A stretch of 64,000 bases of DNA from Lama glama (lineage: Eukaryota): the NCBI GenBank assembly GCA_028534125.1, contig CM052817.1, forward strand, positions 48,052,001 to 48,116,000, in the 5' to 3' direction. This document shows, in pieces, positions 1 through 12,655 of this stretch. Both the position numbers and the translations under genes were made by a program. The notes below the pieces were generated by a model. That model was not told where the DNA came from. It made no database searches and saw nothing but the letters and a program-made list of their open reading frames with translations. The stretch's first letter is position 1. The number at the start of each line of letters is the position of its first letter.

Positions 1-2129
1 GAGAGGCTTTTTAAGCAAGGCGACCAACAGTAATAACTATAATAAAAAGCAACGTTACATCCAGTAAGACTATCGGTCCCTTTGGTGCCAAGTTTAAACA
101 GCAATTAAGTTATAAACATTTACACATTATAAAGAGGAAACGATACTAGAGACCGAAGAAACTATGGTGAGTTAAAAGGAGAAAATGACTGTATATCCTT
201 TTGGTAACACTCTTTCTAGACATTTTAAGTGATAGTTTTGAGCAGCATAAAGCCAAGGGTTCAGACAAAGTGAAGAATTCACAATGAAGCATGCTTCAGA
301 AATCAGTGTCTGGCAAATAAACACAAACCTCCTAAGTTAAATGAATAAATCCAGTAATTTAATAGAAGAAAATCATAATTTGAAGGCCTATAAATTGTTC
401 AAAGACTGTAAGAAAGAAATTATTAAATGACCCAATGACAATTATACAGGCTAAAATCCAACTTCACTTACGAAGGTTCTACAAGGCTTGGAATGCATTG
501 TTAAATTTCCTTTCAGATTCTTCCCTGAAGAAAAGGAAAAGGAATCTAATTCTCTCTTATTGCGATATAATGTGTAAAAATAGTGCACAAGAGACTGCAG
601 AACTGGAAAAACAAAACCACAAGTGTTTTGGGGAAAGGTGTGAGCTATTCCTTCATTCTGCTACTAATTTTAAAAGGTGACAGTGTATCATTCATATTCC
701 TTCCTGAGTCTCCAGTTTATTGGGGAAATATTAAAACCTGTATTCCTAGTCAGAGATAAATCTGTGAATTTCGTGGAGTTACTGTTTGAGTCCACTGAAT
801 TCACACAACAAGAATTTACCTATTTCTCAAAAAAAAAAAGTAAAATAAGATGGGAAAAATCTGGGCCAAACATAGTAAAACAGTGTCTTCCCTGAAGGAC
901 TTCTCAGATCCCTTCGTAAACTAAAATGAATTACCAAGGGCGGGATAATATAATCTATAATATGCAGCACTTACCAGATCTACTGGGATGACAGAGCTCT
1001 TTTTTTCTTTTCTTTTTTTTTTTTAATGGAACATCTATTGGAAACAGTAAATGACAAAACCCATTTTGGGAAATAGTGATCTACACAAGTAGTCTGTATC
1101 CAGACAAAATATTAGCACTGCTACGAGGATATGTAAGCAAATGATACATAGCATCATGGATAAAAGAATAAGGTTTGCCACATAAGTGTCACATATTAGC
1201 CAGTGACGACTTTAAAGCAGAGTTTGTCAAATGTTTCTTGTTGCTTTACAACTATTTTCAAATAAATCATTTGAAACTATGTTTAAGTTTCCAATTATGA
1301 TGAAATAGAAGGGAAAGTGAGAATGGAACTTGCTTAGCAAAAGGAAATAATCTCTATCCTACAATTATCTAAAGCAAACCAGAATGCAAACATTTTCTGT
1401 AGATTAAGGCTCTGATCACATTACATCCAATAAATCTTTCTGCAAAGATTGTGCATGTTTGTTCCTGTTTATAGTACATGCTTGTTTAATCTTTCCATAA
1501 AGGCTTTCTTGTCTCACACAATGTTTTTTTAAACATATAAAAACTGTTTGACTCTTTTTATAAACTGACATGAGCAGAACTCTTTCCAATGGTCTTCTGA
1601 GAATTATGATAGAGAGATTTGCAGTAATGATCTACAGAAAACATGGAACTTTAAATTCCTGGGAGACCCTCATTTATGTTCTCAATCCGGTTTTCAAAAA
1701 ACTGGCTTTAAATCCTCATTTCCTCCTCTATCTTGAGATCATTTTTGATGGCACACACAGTTTCAAAGCCTGTTGCATGAGTCCTTAATTCCATGAGGCA
1801 TTAAGTAGGTAATGACATTTCTCTAACATTAAAATTCTAAAAAATGTATAACAACAGAAGTATACAGCAATTCCCACAAGGAGTGGTAACAAGTTGTATG
1901 AAATTCTGCAATCTGGGGACTGAGACCTGCCAGTAAAGGCAATTCTCTCTTAGAGGTATCAAGTTCATTAAAAAGAGACTGGAATACCCAATTTGATTTT
2001 GAAACTATTTGTGTGCAAATGTGGCCACTTGGATAATTTGCTTAACTCCATTTTTTCCTTCTTAAAATGATCCATCAATTTCTAAAAGAAAAGATCAATA
2101 TCACAACTGTCATGCCCATTAGTCGTGTC

Positions 2130-2378
2130 TAGCGAGTCCGTAAGAGGCGTAGGCTCTGGAGTCAGAACGCAAGGATTCAAATCCCAGCCCTGACAACGAC
2201 TGGTGATGCAACTGCCAACAATTTACTCACCCGCTCCATGTCCGCTTTCTCACCTAGACAACTGCACACGGTCCCTACCTCATAGGACGGCTACAAGAAA
2301 TAAACGAGGGAGTACACGGAACGTGCTCAGGATAATACTCGATACGTGGTCAGCACTTAGTAAATGTTAGTTATTACT
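2130..2378 (+). mobile_element. MIR SINE, near full length
   Basis: ggctctggagtcaga...ttcaaatcccagc...ctacctcatagga...taaatgttagttatta follows the MIR consensus order. Confidence 0.8.
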
Positions 2379-2499
2379 CAGTTGAGTCTAGAAATGGATC
2401 TGGAGTTCAGAATGCTGGAATGGGGGTGAGGAGCAGTAGAGCGTCCAGTCTCTTTCATAGACGAGACATGCGACCTTGACAAGTCATTTCATTTCTCTG

Positions 2500-2960
2500 G
2501 CACGTGAGAATCACAGCAGGAGATGGAAGGCGATCTCAAATGAGATTCTCAGGAAAATTTACTAGACTATGTACAGAGGCGTCAGTAACAAAAAATGGCA
2601 AGGTACTCGGGGACTAGCACCATCGGGAAGCCATTTCTACCTCCCTGCTTGGAAAGGCTACAGAACAGGAACAGGCAGCAGAGCCTGGTGAGGGCAAGGG
2701 CCAGGGAGGAGGAGCCACCTGACAGGGGCTGAACTCAGAGGACAGCTGGGCAAAGCCGAGAGCGCGAGCTGAGGGTAGGCGGGTGCACCCTGCCCTCCCC
2801 ACTGTCCTGTGCTCCTGGAGCTCTGCTGCAGCCAAACCCAGCAGGAAGCCAGAGGGCCAGGGAAGACGACTGTTGCAGTCCACAGGGTCCACCTCCCGAG
2901 ACACAAAGCAGGACAAGAAGGCAGAGAATGACGGGTTGGGGCGAGAGGTAACGCGGCACC
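2500..2960 (-). mobile_element. ERVL solo LTR, LTR33-like
   Basis: Minus strand ...gggaggtggaccctgtggactgcaac...tggccctctggcttcctgctgggtttggc... and ...aatggcttcccgatggtgctagtccccgagtacc... resemble LTR33 as recalled. Explains the GC-rich spurious ORFs at 2614-3063. Confidence 0.65.
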
Positions 2961-3144
2961 CGGGCCTCAGATGAATCAAAGGCAAACCCGCGCTGGACCA
3001 CCTAGTCTCCCAGGGCCTCGCAACCACCAAATCCTCAAACCCCTGTGATTCTGCTCTCCCCATTTACTATCCTCTGCTCCAGCTAGGCGTGCACGCTCTA
3101 CAGTTAGACAGTTCTAATGTACAGGTAGATGTGTATGCACATAC

Positions 3145-3278
3145 TTGCTGAAATTAAACAGAAGTCTCTCAAAAACGAGAACGGGTCCTGTGCTGCTCAA
3201 AATAGTGAGTGGCTGGCCAGCAAAAAGGCAGAAGACAGCTCCAGAGACAGCAGTGCCCAGGAAACTCTCCAACACGCC
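3145..3278 (-). CDS. SLC4A4: SLC4A4 coding exon (~exon 13, 134 nt): [44 protein letters not shown](K), TM2-TM3
   Basis: Acceptor ...tctttctattag|GGCGTG, donor AGCAA|gtatgt. SLC4 signature [12 protein letters not shown]. Not in the ORF track. Confidence 0.97.
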
Positions 3279-5238
3279 CTAATAGAAAGAAAACAGAGGT
3301 GTTAAAAGAAGAATATATTTTTTCTTTCCATGTGTGATGTCACTAAGGGAATTAAGCCACATGAATATGCTATTATAAGGGCTATCGCAAACATACCAAA
3401 CAAATGTAAAGGATAAAGATTCTTACCAATATGAGTGTTATCTTTTATTTCACCATATATACAATTTAGTCATTCCTGCCTACTCCCAGGGTTGAACTGC
3501 TCACCAAAACTATAATGCCTGTAGTGAATGACTAGTGGTTGACTGTAGCAGGCAAAGGGTGACTCTGATCCACTTTAACAATATTAATTGAAGCTTCTGT
3601 ACATAAAATCCCACTATATAATCTCACCCAGTGTGCAGAAGTGACTTATTACTTTTGGTGGCGTTTTTCTCTCTGTGGTTTCAGTGTTCGTTTTAGCTGG
3701 ATTTCACCTTGCACATAGCAAGTACTTATAAATAGCTACATCTTATGCAAAAAAGCTATTTTCTCTGAACAAAAGCTTTTCCAGTGGAGAGGGGAGCAAA
3801 GGGGACACAGAGAGTGATTTTCCCACTGTTCTGTAATCTCTAAGACATCAATTCCAAAAAAGTATTCCTATTACATATTCATTGTCCAATGTCCAACTTA
3901 CACAAGAGCTTTAAATTACTTTACCTCGAGAGGAAATAAATGTGCAGGGACATGGATAATCAAACCTTTGTGGCCACATCTCCCTGTAGGTATTTCTCTG
4001 GAAATCAATCCATTATTTCCCTTTAGTGTAACAAGAACAAAGAAACACGAGCTATCAAACATCACTGACTTACAAAATTATCCTCACTTCTTAGTCACAT
4101 CATTTAGGACCAATACCTCAAACTAGCCTGTTTCCTATATTCTTCATCACTTCAAATTTCAGGTAGAAAAATCACGTATTTATTTGTAGGAAGGTTCTTT
4201 TGTAAATTTAAAATACTACTTCATCAAAAGATGGTTTTTAATAACATAAAAAGACAGATCCTTTGTTCATACGTAAGGCTACACATCTGAACCATAAAAC
4301 CTGTAAGATAAAACATTTTTCAAGTGAGTAAATGAAGACATTCTATAGCTTTAAAAGACACAAAAAATATACTTGGTGGTAGACGAATTTACATGGCAGA
4401 GCAAAACTGCATGATCCTGGTAACTATATGTGTAAATACTGAAACAGTACTAGGAAGAGCCCCCTTTGCAATTGCACAATGAATTACCTGTTCGTGGAAG
4501 TGTGATTAATGTTTACTTAAAACAAACCACCTCTAAATCTAAATCACCCTCTGACTTGAGCAGGGTGGACTTCCGGGGAATGGGAGGTGGCCCTCAGTCA
4601 TTTACTCCGCCCCTACCAGTTAACCTAGCCACCTGTCAGCCTCACTAAGTCACCTACTTTCACTGCCCGCAAAGTTCAAAGCAATGTTTCATTCCTTTAT
4701 CATATAATAGACCCACAATCATTATAAATAAACCGATTTTTAAAAATCAGCTTACAGAACCTAAACATACGAAGTGCTATCCCCACTCCAAAGCCACCCC
4801 AGGAGACCCTCATTATAATGATCACCCAAAATATTTTTTACACAGCTTCAGAGCCAGCAATGTTCTCTTTAAGATGACACTAGCCATAGCATATCCTTCC
4901 CTCTTGTAAGGGTAGAATTCAACTGGGAAAACAGACAAAAATCCCTGAGCACAGCACTGTGTGAGAATGGGGTGGGGGTGAGGATAGGGCAAAAAAGCGA
5001 GAGTTGACAAGTAACAAGTGAGCAGACACGGTCTGAACAGCTCAGTACAGCTACTTCCATCCAAGATGTCTGGGTTTGAAGTCCGGCAGGAGGGTCTGGT
5101 AAGAGGACCCCATTTACTAAGTGTGAGCTCTCCCACATGGCTGAAGGGTACCCTCGTGTTATTTTACAGCCATCTCACACATACTCATTGTATTCCATGC
5201 ATTTTTCCTCAGGGGACAGAAAGCAGAATAACACGCAA

Positions 5239-5279
5239 GGCTAGCAGAACCGGCTAGCAGAACCGGCTAGCAGAACCGG
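5239..5279. repeat. Perfect tandem repeat, 13-bp unit x3 (GGCTAGCAGAACC)
   Basis: Units at 5239-5251, 5252-5264 and 5265-5277, read directly. Confidence 0.95.
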
Positions 5280-6719
5280 GCGGCACTTACGCAGAGAAGA
5301 GAGAAAGAGGTTCCCTTGTGCCCAACACATAGTGTTAGTCTTGATCTCTTACACGTGAAGAGACTGAGATTCAGAGGGTTAAATGATGTGAACAAATCCG
5401 CCCTCACTGTGGGACAGTGAGTGTTTGGAGTATGCGTGCCTGTCCAACCACGACTGCACCCTCGGCAAAGAGAAAAGATGTGCCTTTGGCTGGGATTTCC
5501 TGGGACTTGCAGTTTTTCACCTCCTGTGCGCTGACATTGGGCTTTTATTTTACAGTTTATTTTCCTTTTCATGACTTATTTTAGTGTGCGTAACACGGAA
5601 GGGGAGGGACTGGAAGGCTCCGAGGGGCAGGACAAGCCACACTCTGGGCACATGTGATAGGCAAAGTTTCACTGTATCGTTCTTCATCAAGCGTGGAGGA
5701 GTGACTATTTCTCCTCACCATGGCAGGGTCACACGACAGCTCAGCCTGGGTGCAAGGGAGAACGTGAATGAAGAAAGGAGGAATGCGGGTTAAGAATTCT
5801 CCACTTGATTGGATGTGGCTATAACGTCTCTGAGGGGCAAGGGCAGGGTCTCTGGTAACATCCCTGTTTCTCTTTCTCCCATCACTGTACACCATCCCTC
5901 CACGTGCTCTGTGGGCACCCAGCAAATGCTAAAGGAATTGAAGAAGATGCCCAAATCGTACTCTAGGTCCCACTCATCAAAGACCAACAGCCATCAGTTA
6001 AAGATAACACCTGATCTCTTTGAGAGATTGGCATTGACTTATGCAAGTTAAAAAGGTGCCTGTTAAAAGGTAGATTATTTTTACTTCAGCTCTTGATCCT
6101 TTCCTAAGAGCTACAGTTTCCATTCTGTTGCTGACAATTTAGAAACAGAGACAGGTGATTTATTATACACACTGCACTGGAAACTTGCTTAAACTTACCG
6201 ATGTTTCCAGCTTTTCTGAGAAAAGAACTATTTTCACCACATTTTGACATGTTGCTCTTGACAATACAGACATTTTAAAAATAATCTTATGTAATGAATA
6301 ACGTTAGTTTAACTGTAATTAGAATTTATAGCAATTTTTAAGGTGAACTATCAAAAACCCCTTTTCTGATTTATTATATTCAGTGTGTTCACTAATATAA
6401 AAAAAAGGAAGGGAATATGTGGATGTGTGTATTTTTCACAAAGACGCTTCTGCACCTGATTTCCCACAGAGAAACAAATTCCCTAGCAATTCATAAGGAT
6501 GGAGACGGCTGAGCTTGGAGGTGTGGCAGAATCAGGTGCCTAAGAGCACTCCAGCTACATTTTGGTTTGACTTTTATTTTATCCCATTTCTGATCAGGTG
6601 TGTCCACTGTGGAACAGAAGAGAGAGCTAACAACTGGCCTAGATTGCTCTGCCACCAAAGAGCTGATGATCACTTAACCTCTTTCAGTTTTAGCTTCTTC
6701 ACGTAGGAGGAAAACATCA

Positions 6720-7120
6720 CAGCAATATAGTGCAACAAGGGACTGTGGAGTCAGACGACCGCAGGCTGGCACCGAGACTGTACCATTTACTCCACCGATG
6801 ACTTCAAGGAAGTTACTTAACCTCTCTATGCCTTATACCATTTGTGTGAACATTAGATTAGATAATGCATGTAAAGTGCTTAACACAGTCTTTGCTGGAT
6901 ATGTTTTTATACATCATGTATCTGTTTCAATACGAGATGAGAGTCTCTTCCAAGGTCTCTCACAGGTGGCCCGGCACAAAGAGCATGGCTCGGAGTCTGG
7001 GATATCTGAGTTTAAATCTCAGCTCCACCAGTCATCAACCTCTCCAAATCCTAATTTTATCCTCTGTAAAATAATGGCTATTTCACAGGATAATTATTTA
7101 GATTAAGTAAGACAATATTA
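6720..7120 (+). mobile_element. Two adjacent MIR fragments
   Basis: tggagtcagac...aagttacttaacctctctatgcct...gataatgcatgtaaagtgcttaacacag, then a second gagtttaaatctcagctccacc...ctgtaaaataatggcta. Confidence 0.65.
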
Positions 7121-8364
7121 TATAAAGAGCTACAAATAAAGCAGAGATACAATGAAAGGCCGGTTCCCTTTTCTCCCTGCTTCTCACCCTCTTCCTTCCA
7201 GTCTGCTGCTATTACTTCTCCGTCTTTCAAGAGAGGAAGGAGATGGAGACAGATAGTCAAAAGGGGCAACATGGGAAGAAAAGATGAAGATTAGTCTCCA
7301 GGGGATAAAGGCAGGGGGAAGCCTCTACAGATTCTCAGTGTTTCCCAGAGCCAACTCCAGACCAGCAGAAGCCTGAGAGGGCAACGCTCCGGCCACTGAC
7401 TGAGTGCTGCTCCTCCTTATCCCCTGTTACTAGACAAGCGGAGCCAACCAGAGTAAAACAAGGTCGTCTGTCTTCCTTTACTGCAGTGAAGTCAAAATCC
7501 ACATCTAAAACAACTTGCAAACAGTTTTCTGTTTACATGACCGGACGAAGTTAAACCAAAGATGATCCTTGTTTTACAGAACAGCCAAGAAAATCAACCC
7601 AAGTCTCATAACAGAAAAATCAAGCATGAAAGAAATCTGACCACAGGAACAAGACTCTTAAAAAAAGAAAAACCCAAATGTTGGTAACACCAGCATTTTG
7701 TCTTTGAGCTACTTGTGACAGGAGCTGCCAGGGCCGTCACAGCTGTCATAGCTAATGCAAAGCAAGCACATTCAAGATGATAAAACATTACAAATTAAAA
7801 TTTTATGCTGTCAACTTTGACTTTATCGCAATTTAGTATCTTCTGTATCTTCATATAACACTAAAGCATGACCTTTGTTGTTCTATGTCCTCTTTATTAA
7901 GGAATATATCATTTGGATTAATTATTAATTAATGCAAGACTGTAAGAAAACAAAAGCCTATTTCTTCTATTTAACAATTTTCAATCAAGTAAAACTTGAG
8001 AAAGAAAATATTTTGGTGACAATAAATGATAAAATAGTCACCAATATTCCTGCTGAATGTCAAACCTCTATTTAAAAAATTAAAATGTTTTCTAACCATT
8101 AAAAAGAAATTTCAGCCCACGGTGATAATCTACACAAACTGCACAGAATGTTGACTAATAAAATTCAGTGTCTCTAGATGAGTCTTTGACTCTAAATTTA
8201 GCCAAGAAAAATGATGCAGCCTAATGCCATTTAAACACATCCATGGAAATAAGCAGACAAATCTGAATTACCTGCAGGAGTTTTGATGTCAGGTCCCCAA
8301 CATTAACCAAGCCATACGATCAAAACTAAGTGAAGAAATGATGCAAATATCTAAATCAAATTTG

Positions 8365-8530
8365 GGTCACATGAGAATTATCTGGGAGGGTTTTTTTTTT
8401 AAGGGAAAAAATACTGATTTTTTTACCTCCACTTGGAACAATTAAATCAGGATCTCTGAAGATCAGGCCTGGGGAATTTATAGTTTTTCAAAGTTCCCCA
8501 GGTGATTCTCAGATGGTCCAAATATGCGAT
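8365..8530. mobile_element. hAT-Charlie MER5-like DNA transposon fragment
   Basis: acatgagaattatctgggagg...aattaaatcaggatctctg...tttttcaaagttccccaggtgattct matches the MER5A/B core. Confidence 0.65.
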
Positions 8531-8989
8531 GTACCCATTCAAGCAACCTCCCTTCCTCTTTCAAAATAAGGACCACTTGCTAGCATTGTCAATGATCGAT
8601 CGGTGGTCACACAAACCATTCATCTACACTGGGGAAGAAGACTGGATATACAACCCTCATTTTTTATTTCACCTGTGTAGCTACAGACTATAAATCAGTG
8701 ATTTCTGTCCTGACAGATGACAGCTGCCAAATCCTTACTGCCATCTAGTCTGCCTAAAAGTGCTTGGTCGTCATCCACAGGATTGCTGTTTACACTGCCC
8801 AGCAGGAACAGAAAAAAGAGGGAAGACTTAAAAGACAAATTATCTCTCTGCTTGAAGAAAAGTACGAGCCAAGGTCTTTACCAAAGAACTTCAGTTCCAA
8901 GTCCAATGGAATGGATGAGCAAGAAAGGGAGGCTTTAAAATACTGTTTTGTTTGAAGAGCTGTGAATGCGTACCTAGACCAGCTGAAGT

Positions 8990-10250
8990 TCCCAAACATC
9001 AAATACCAGTATAACCTTACACACAAATCAATTCCAGATGGTCGAAAAATGTAAATGAAAACATAAAAGAACAAAGATATGTGGGTAAATATTTTTCTAA
9101 TCTTGGGGTGGGAAAGCCTGTCTAAATATATAACAAATATAAGAGACTATAAAAGATTGGGGATTTTGACTACATAAAAATTGAAGTCTTTATAGCAAAA
9201 GAAATCACAAATAAGGTTAAAAGACATAAGGCAGATCTAGGAAACAATATATTTATGATATTTCGGATAAGCAAAGGGAAAATATCCTTAGTATACAAAC
9301 AGTTCTTACAAGTCAATGAGACAAGAAAATGAATGCCCAAAAGGAAAATATTCCAAGAGCACAGATGTAAAGAGGCAGAGGTAAGCAATAAAAGTGGAAG
9401 GATATTAAGCCTCACTAAAAATCAAAGACATTGAAATTGAGTAAGAATGAGCCAAGGGGGGAGTGATGGGTACAGCTCAGTGGTAGAGCACATGCCTAGC
9501 ATGCATGAGGTCCTGGGTTCAATTCCCAGTGCCTCCACTAAATAAATAAACCTAATTACTTCCCCCCACCTAAGTAAACAAATAAAACTAGATTGCTTTT
9601 TTTTAAAGTCATTAAAAAAAAAAAAAAGAAGCAGCCATCATTTTTTCAACCCAAAGAATGACAAAAATGAGAATCTGAAACAAATTCTGTTTTTCCAAGA
9701 GTGTGGGCAAGCCAGCACTCTGGTCCATTCCTGGCAGAAGTATAAATTGGTATAACCTTTGTGGAGTGTAATCTGAAATAAATATCAAAAATAAAATATA
9801 TCCTGCAATCACATTCTGCTAGGAATCTACTCTGAGGTGATTACAAAGAATGAAAATGCAGTTAAGCACCAGGTTTGTTTATAAATGAAAAATACTGGAA
9901 AAAACTGAAAGTCTACTAATAGAGAATTTATTTAGTAAATTAGAGCACATGCATCATATGTATAAATAGAGGCAGTCATTAAAAATGATGTTCAAGATCC
10001 AAACTGAAGTAGAAAGACTTCCATGAAATGCTAGTCATGTTATGGAACAGAAGGCATATGATCTCATCTACATAAAATCCTATGCGCCGATCTGTTTACA
10101 CATGCATTGCAAGATATATGGAAAGATATTCATGAAAATGTTAATAATGGCTATTTCTAGGTGATCGCTTCAATGTCAAAATTATCTTCTATGTAGTGTT
10201 TCTGTATTGTTCGAATTTTCTACAATGCATAATTATATCTTATAAAAAAA
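8990..10250 (+). mobile_element. Ancient L1M (L1ME-like) ORF2 3' end and 3'UTR, interrupted by a SINE
   Basis: A-rich L1 motifs: aaatcaattccagatgg, tttgactacataaaaattgaagtctt, gtataaattggtataacctttgtggag, and 3' tgtattgttcgaattttctacaatg. Confidence 0.75.
9456..9625 (+). mobile_element. tRNA-Ala-derived SINE (camelid vic-1-like, long-tail form)
   Basis: A box tacagctcagtggtagagc, B box gggttcaattccc, tail aataaataaacctaattacttcccccc plus poly-A. Degenerate TSD aagaatgagcca/aagaagcagcca. Confidence 0.88.
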
Positions 10251-11924
10251 AGCCATTTTAAAGTAATTTCAAGTAATTTGTGCAAACACAAAATAATTTT
10301 AGAATTTAGCAGTGTTTGGGATCCCCAACCACTGCCCAAGTGGTATCATTTTCTGATCACCAAGAAAATAAGGTTGACAAACATCTTTCAAACGAAAAAA
10401 AACAGCCAAAGAAGGTTCTTTCTAGTAAGTGAAATTTGGTTTTAAAAAAAATCACTTAACTTCAATTGAACAAAACTTGTACAGAAAATGAAGCAAATTA
10501 TTTAAAGCTCCTTCCAGGGAAAAAGAATGACCAGTATACCTTGGAGGCAAGTAAGCAATGCAGAGTCCTCTAGTTTGTCACTGAAAAGACATTTATTTTT
10601 GCTTACCAAAACAACCTAATTGGATCATTCCAACAGGCTACCTAACTTTTTGAAACTGGAATAGGTTTCTGGTGCAGATTAACATGCTACCTTTTATTTT
10701 CACTTCAAGGAAGAAATGCACTTTGGCACCATTATATTACATTCAGGTAAGGTGAAATTAGTACACAGTCCTCGTGTACTAAAGCCATTATCAGTTGCTT
10801 TAATTCTGCTGTTATAAATTGCACATGATAAGCTTCATAAAGATTTGTCTATATTATTGAGGAATATCATATATGAATAAGAAATGATCCATTTCCAACT
10901 CAAGGAGATTGATTCAATAGTCTCAGCCCAGCAGGATGTTAAAATAAAGCCTCAAATTCAGAGATGACAACTATAAATGTTGCTTGTTATGAAACAAGTT
11001 GCCTTAAAATGTGCTGTTAGGCTCCATAAATATCTGGAAATTCAGAGAATTCTGAAAACCTTACTGTATTCTTTTGCTAAAAGGCTTGTGAAAATAGAAT
11101 TATATTTACTCCTGAAAAAAAAATTTAAATGACTTTCTTCACTCAATCTTCTCTCTACACTGTGCTCATTCACAATCAACAATGTTGATTTAAATTAAGG
11201 CACTTTTCTGTGTTCCATAAAGCTAAGAACTTTTAAATAACACAAAGACTTGCCACAAAGTATGAAAAAAGTATTCCTTATATCAGTGTCCAACCCATAG
11301 GCTAAGCTATCTATTAGTATTTGTTAAATTGACATTTAACAATTAAATTAAAAGCATCTAAATGAATAGAACAGTATGCCTACTTGGCAACCAAGAATAT
11401 AAATACAATGCAAAGTTCACATGCATGGTCTCAGAGAGATTAGTTGTGGAAAGGACATGTTTTTAGGATGCTGAAGCTAAAAGCCCTTGTTGACAGCGTG
11501 GCAAGGCAAAACAGGGCAGTATTAAGTGGGACTTACTGAAAAGGACAAGAGGATTGCACAATTCCTGGACCTCAGAAAGCCTATGCTCTTGTCCTCTGTT
11601 GAACAGGAACCAGTCACAGGCCAGGGCTAGATCCTAGACGAACATAAGGTCAACTCTTGGCAAAGCAGTTTAGTTACGCCCAGAAGCCCAAGCACAACTT
11701 TAACTGCCCACACTTAACAAGGAATCCATGAAACCCCTCTGAAAGCCTCAGAGTCCTCTCAGAGAAGCATGATGTATGTGACAAGTTGGGGGACTCAAAC
11801 AGTTGTCTATGTTCCCATTAAAATTGGATTATATTTGGAGCCACTGCAGCCTCAACTGTTTTATGCTGAACACAGTTCCATAGGAAATGATCCACATGGC
11901 TCCCAAGATCTGCTTCTAAAGAGG

Positions 11925-12056
11925 TATGTGTGTGTATATGTATGATATACATACGTATATATAAGGTGTGTGTATATACACACAGAATGTATGATACATA
12001 TATTATTACATATATATGATTATTAAATATATATAACTCAGCATATATATATATGT
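11925..12056. repeat. Degenerate (TA/TG/CA)n low-complexity tract
   Basis: Alternating purine-pyrimidine sequence, read directly. Confidence 0.8.
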
Positions 12057-12524
12057 TTCTGCTCTGAAACAAATGCTTAAATGTACATCCCTGTCTCTGA
12101 GCAGGCAAGACCTCCTGAACAGAAGCTGGCAGAAGAGCTTGCTTGAACGACACCAGTGCGGTGACTCATCTGTGTTTTCACAACATGCTTCTCCCCAGCA
12201 CCCATGTCTATTTGTAGCCTCACAATAAAGGCCCTATCTGAACCATCTCTGAGCTGCCTGCCTTAAAAAGCAAGGATGCTGTTCTCAGTTGACTCATTTG
12301 AGCTGCCTGTGCTTTTGAGAATAACCCACTGCCACATTTACGAAGGCACGTGATATAACTGAAGATTATTTCAGGCTGTGCCAATGCTTTTCTGCTTAGC
12401 CTTGATCTAGTGTTTAGAAAGTCAAAGGAAGCCAGAGGACTTCACCTCCACAGCCCCACAAATAAGCCCACCACACTCACTCCTGTTATCTCTTAGGGGC
12501 ATAAAAAAGGATTGCAGTATCAAC

Positions 12525-12655
12525 ACTCTAGACTGTAAATGCATCAGAATAGGGATTCTTAACCTACTTTGGTCACATTATCTGTATCCCCAGCACTTAA
12601 AATAGTGTCTGGCACACAGGAGACACTCAATAAAAATTTGCAAAGGGATGAATCA
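12525..12655 (+). mobile_element. L2 3' end
   Basis: ctagactgtaaatgc...tgtatccccagcacttaaaatagtgtctggcacacagg...ctcaataaaaatttg...gatgaat. Confidence 0.75.

Noticed and set aside
2614..3063. 149-aa ORF and overlapping ORFs
   Set aside because: They lie in a GC-rich LTR33-like element and show no recognisable protein similarity.
1..3144. Search for the next SLC4A4 exon (DxNFDYLEFRLWIGLW)
   Set aside because: Not present, so it presumably lies beyond the window's left edge. The upstream exon is likewise not within 55400-64000.
9456..9540. tRNA-Ala-like genes (also at 15100, 21510, 27640 and 42526)
   Set aside because: Each has a G-rich 5' extension, broken stems, an A-rich tail and TSDs, so these are SINEs rather than tRNA genes.
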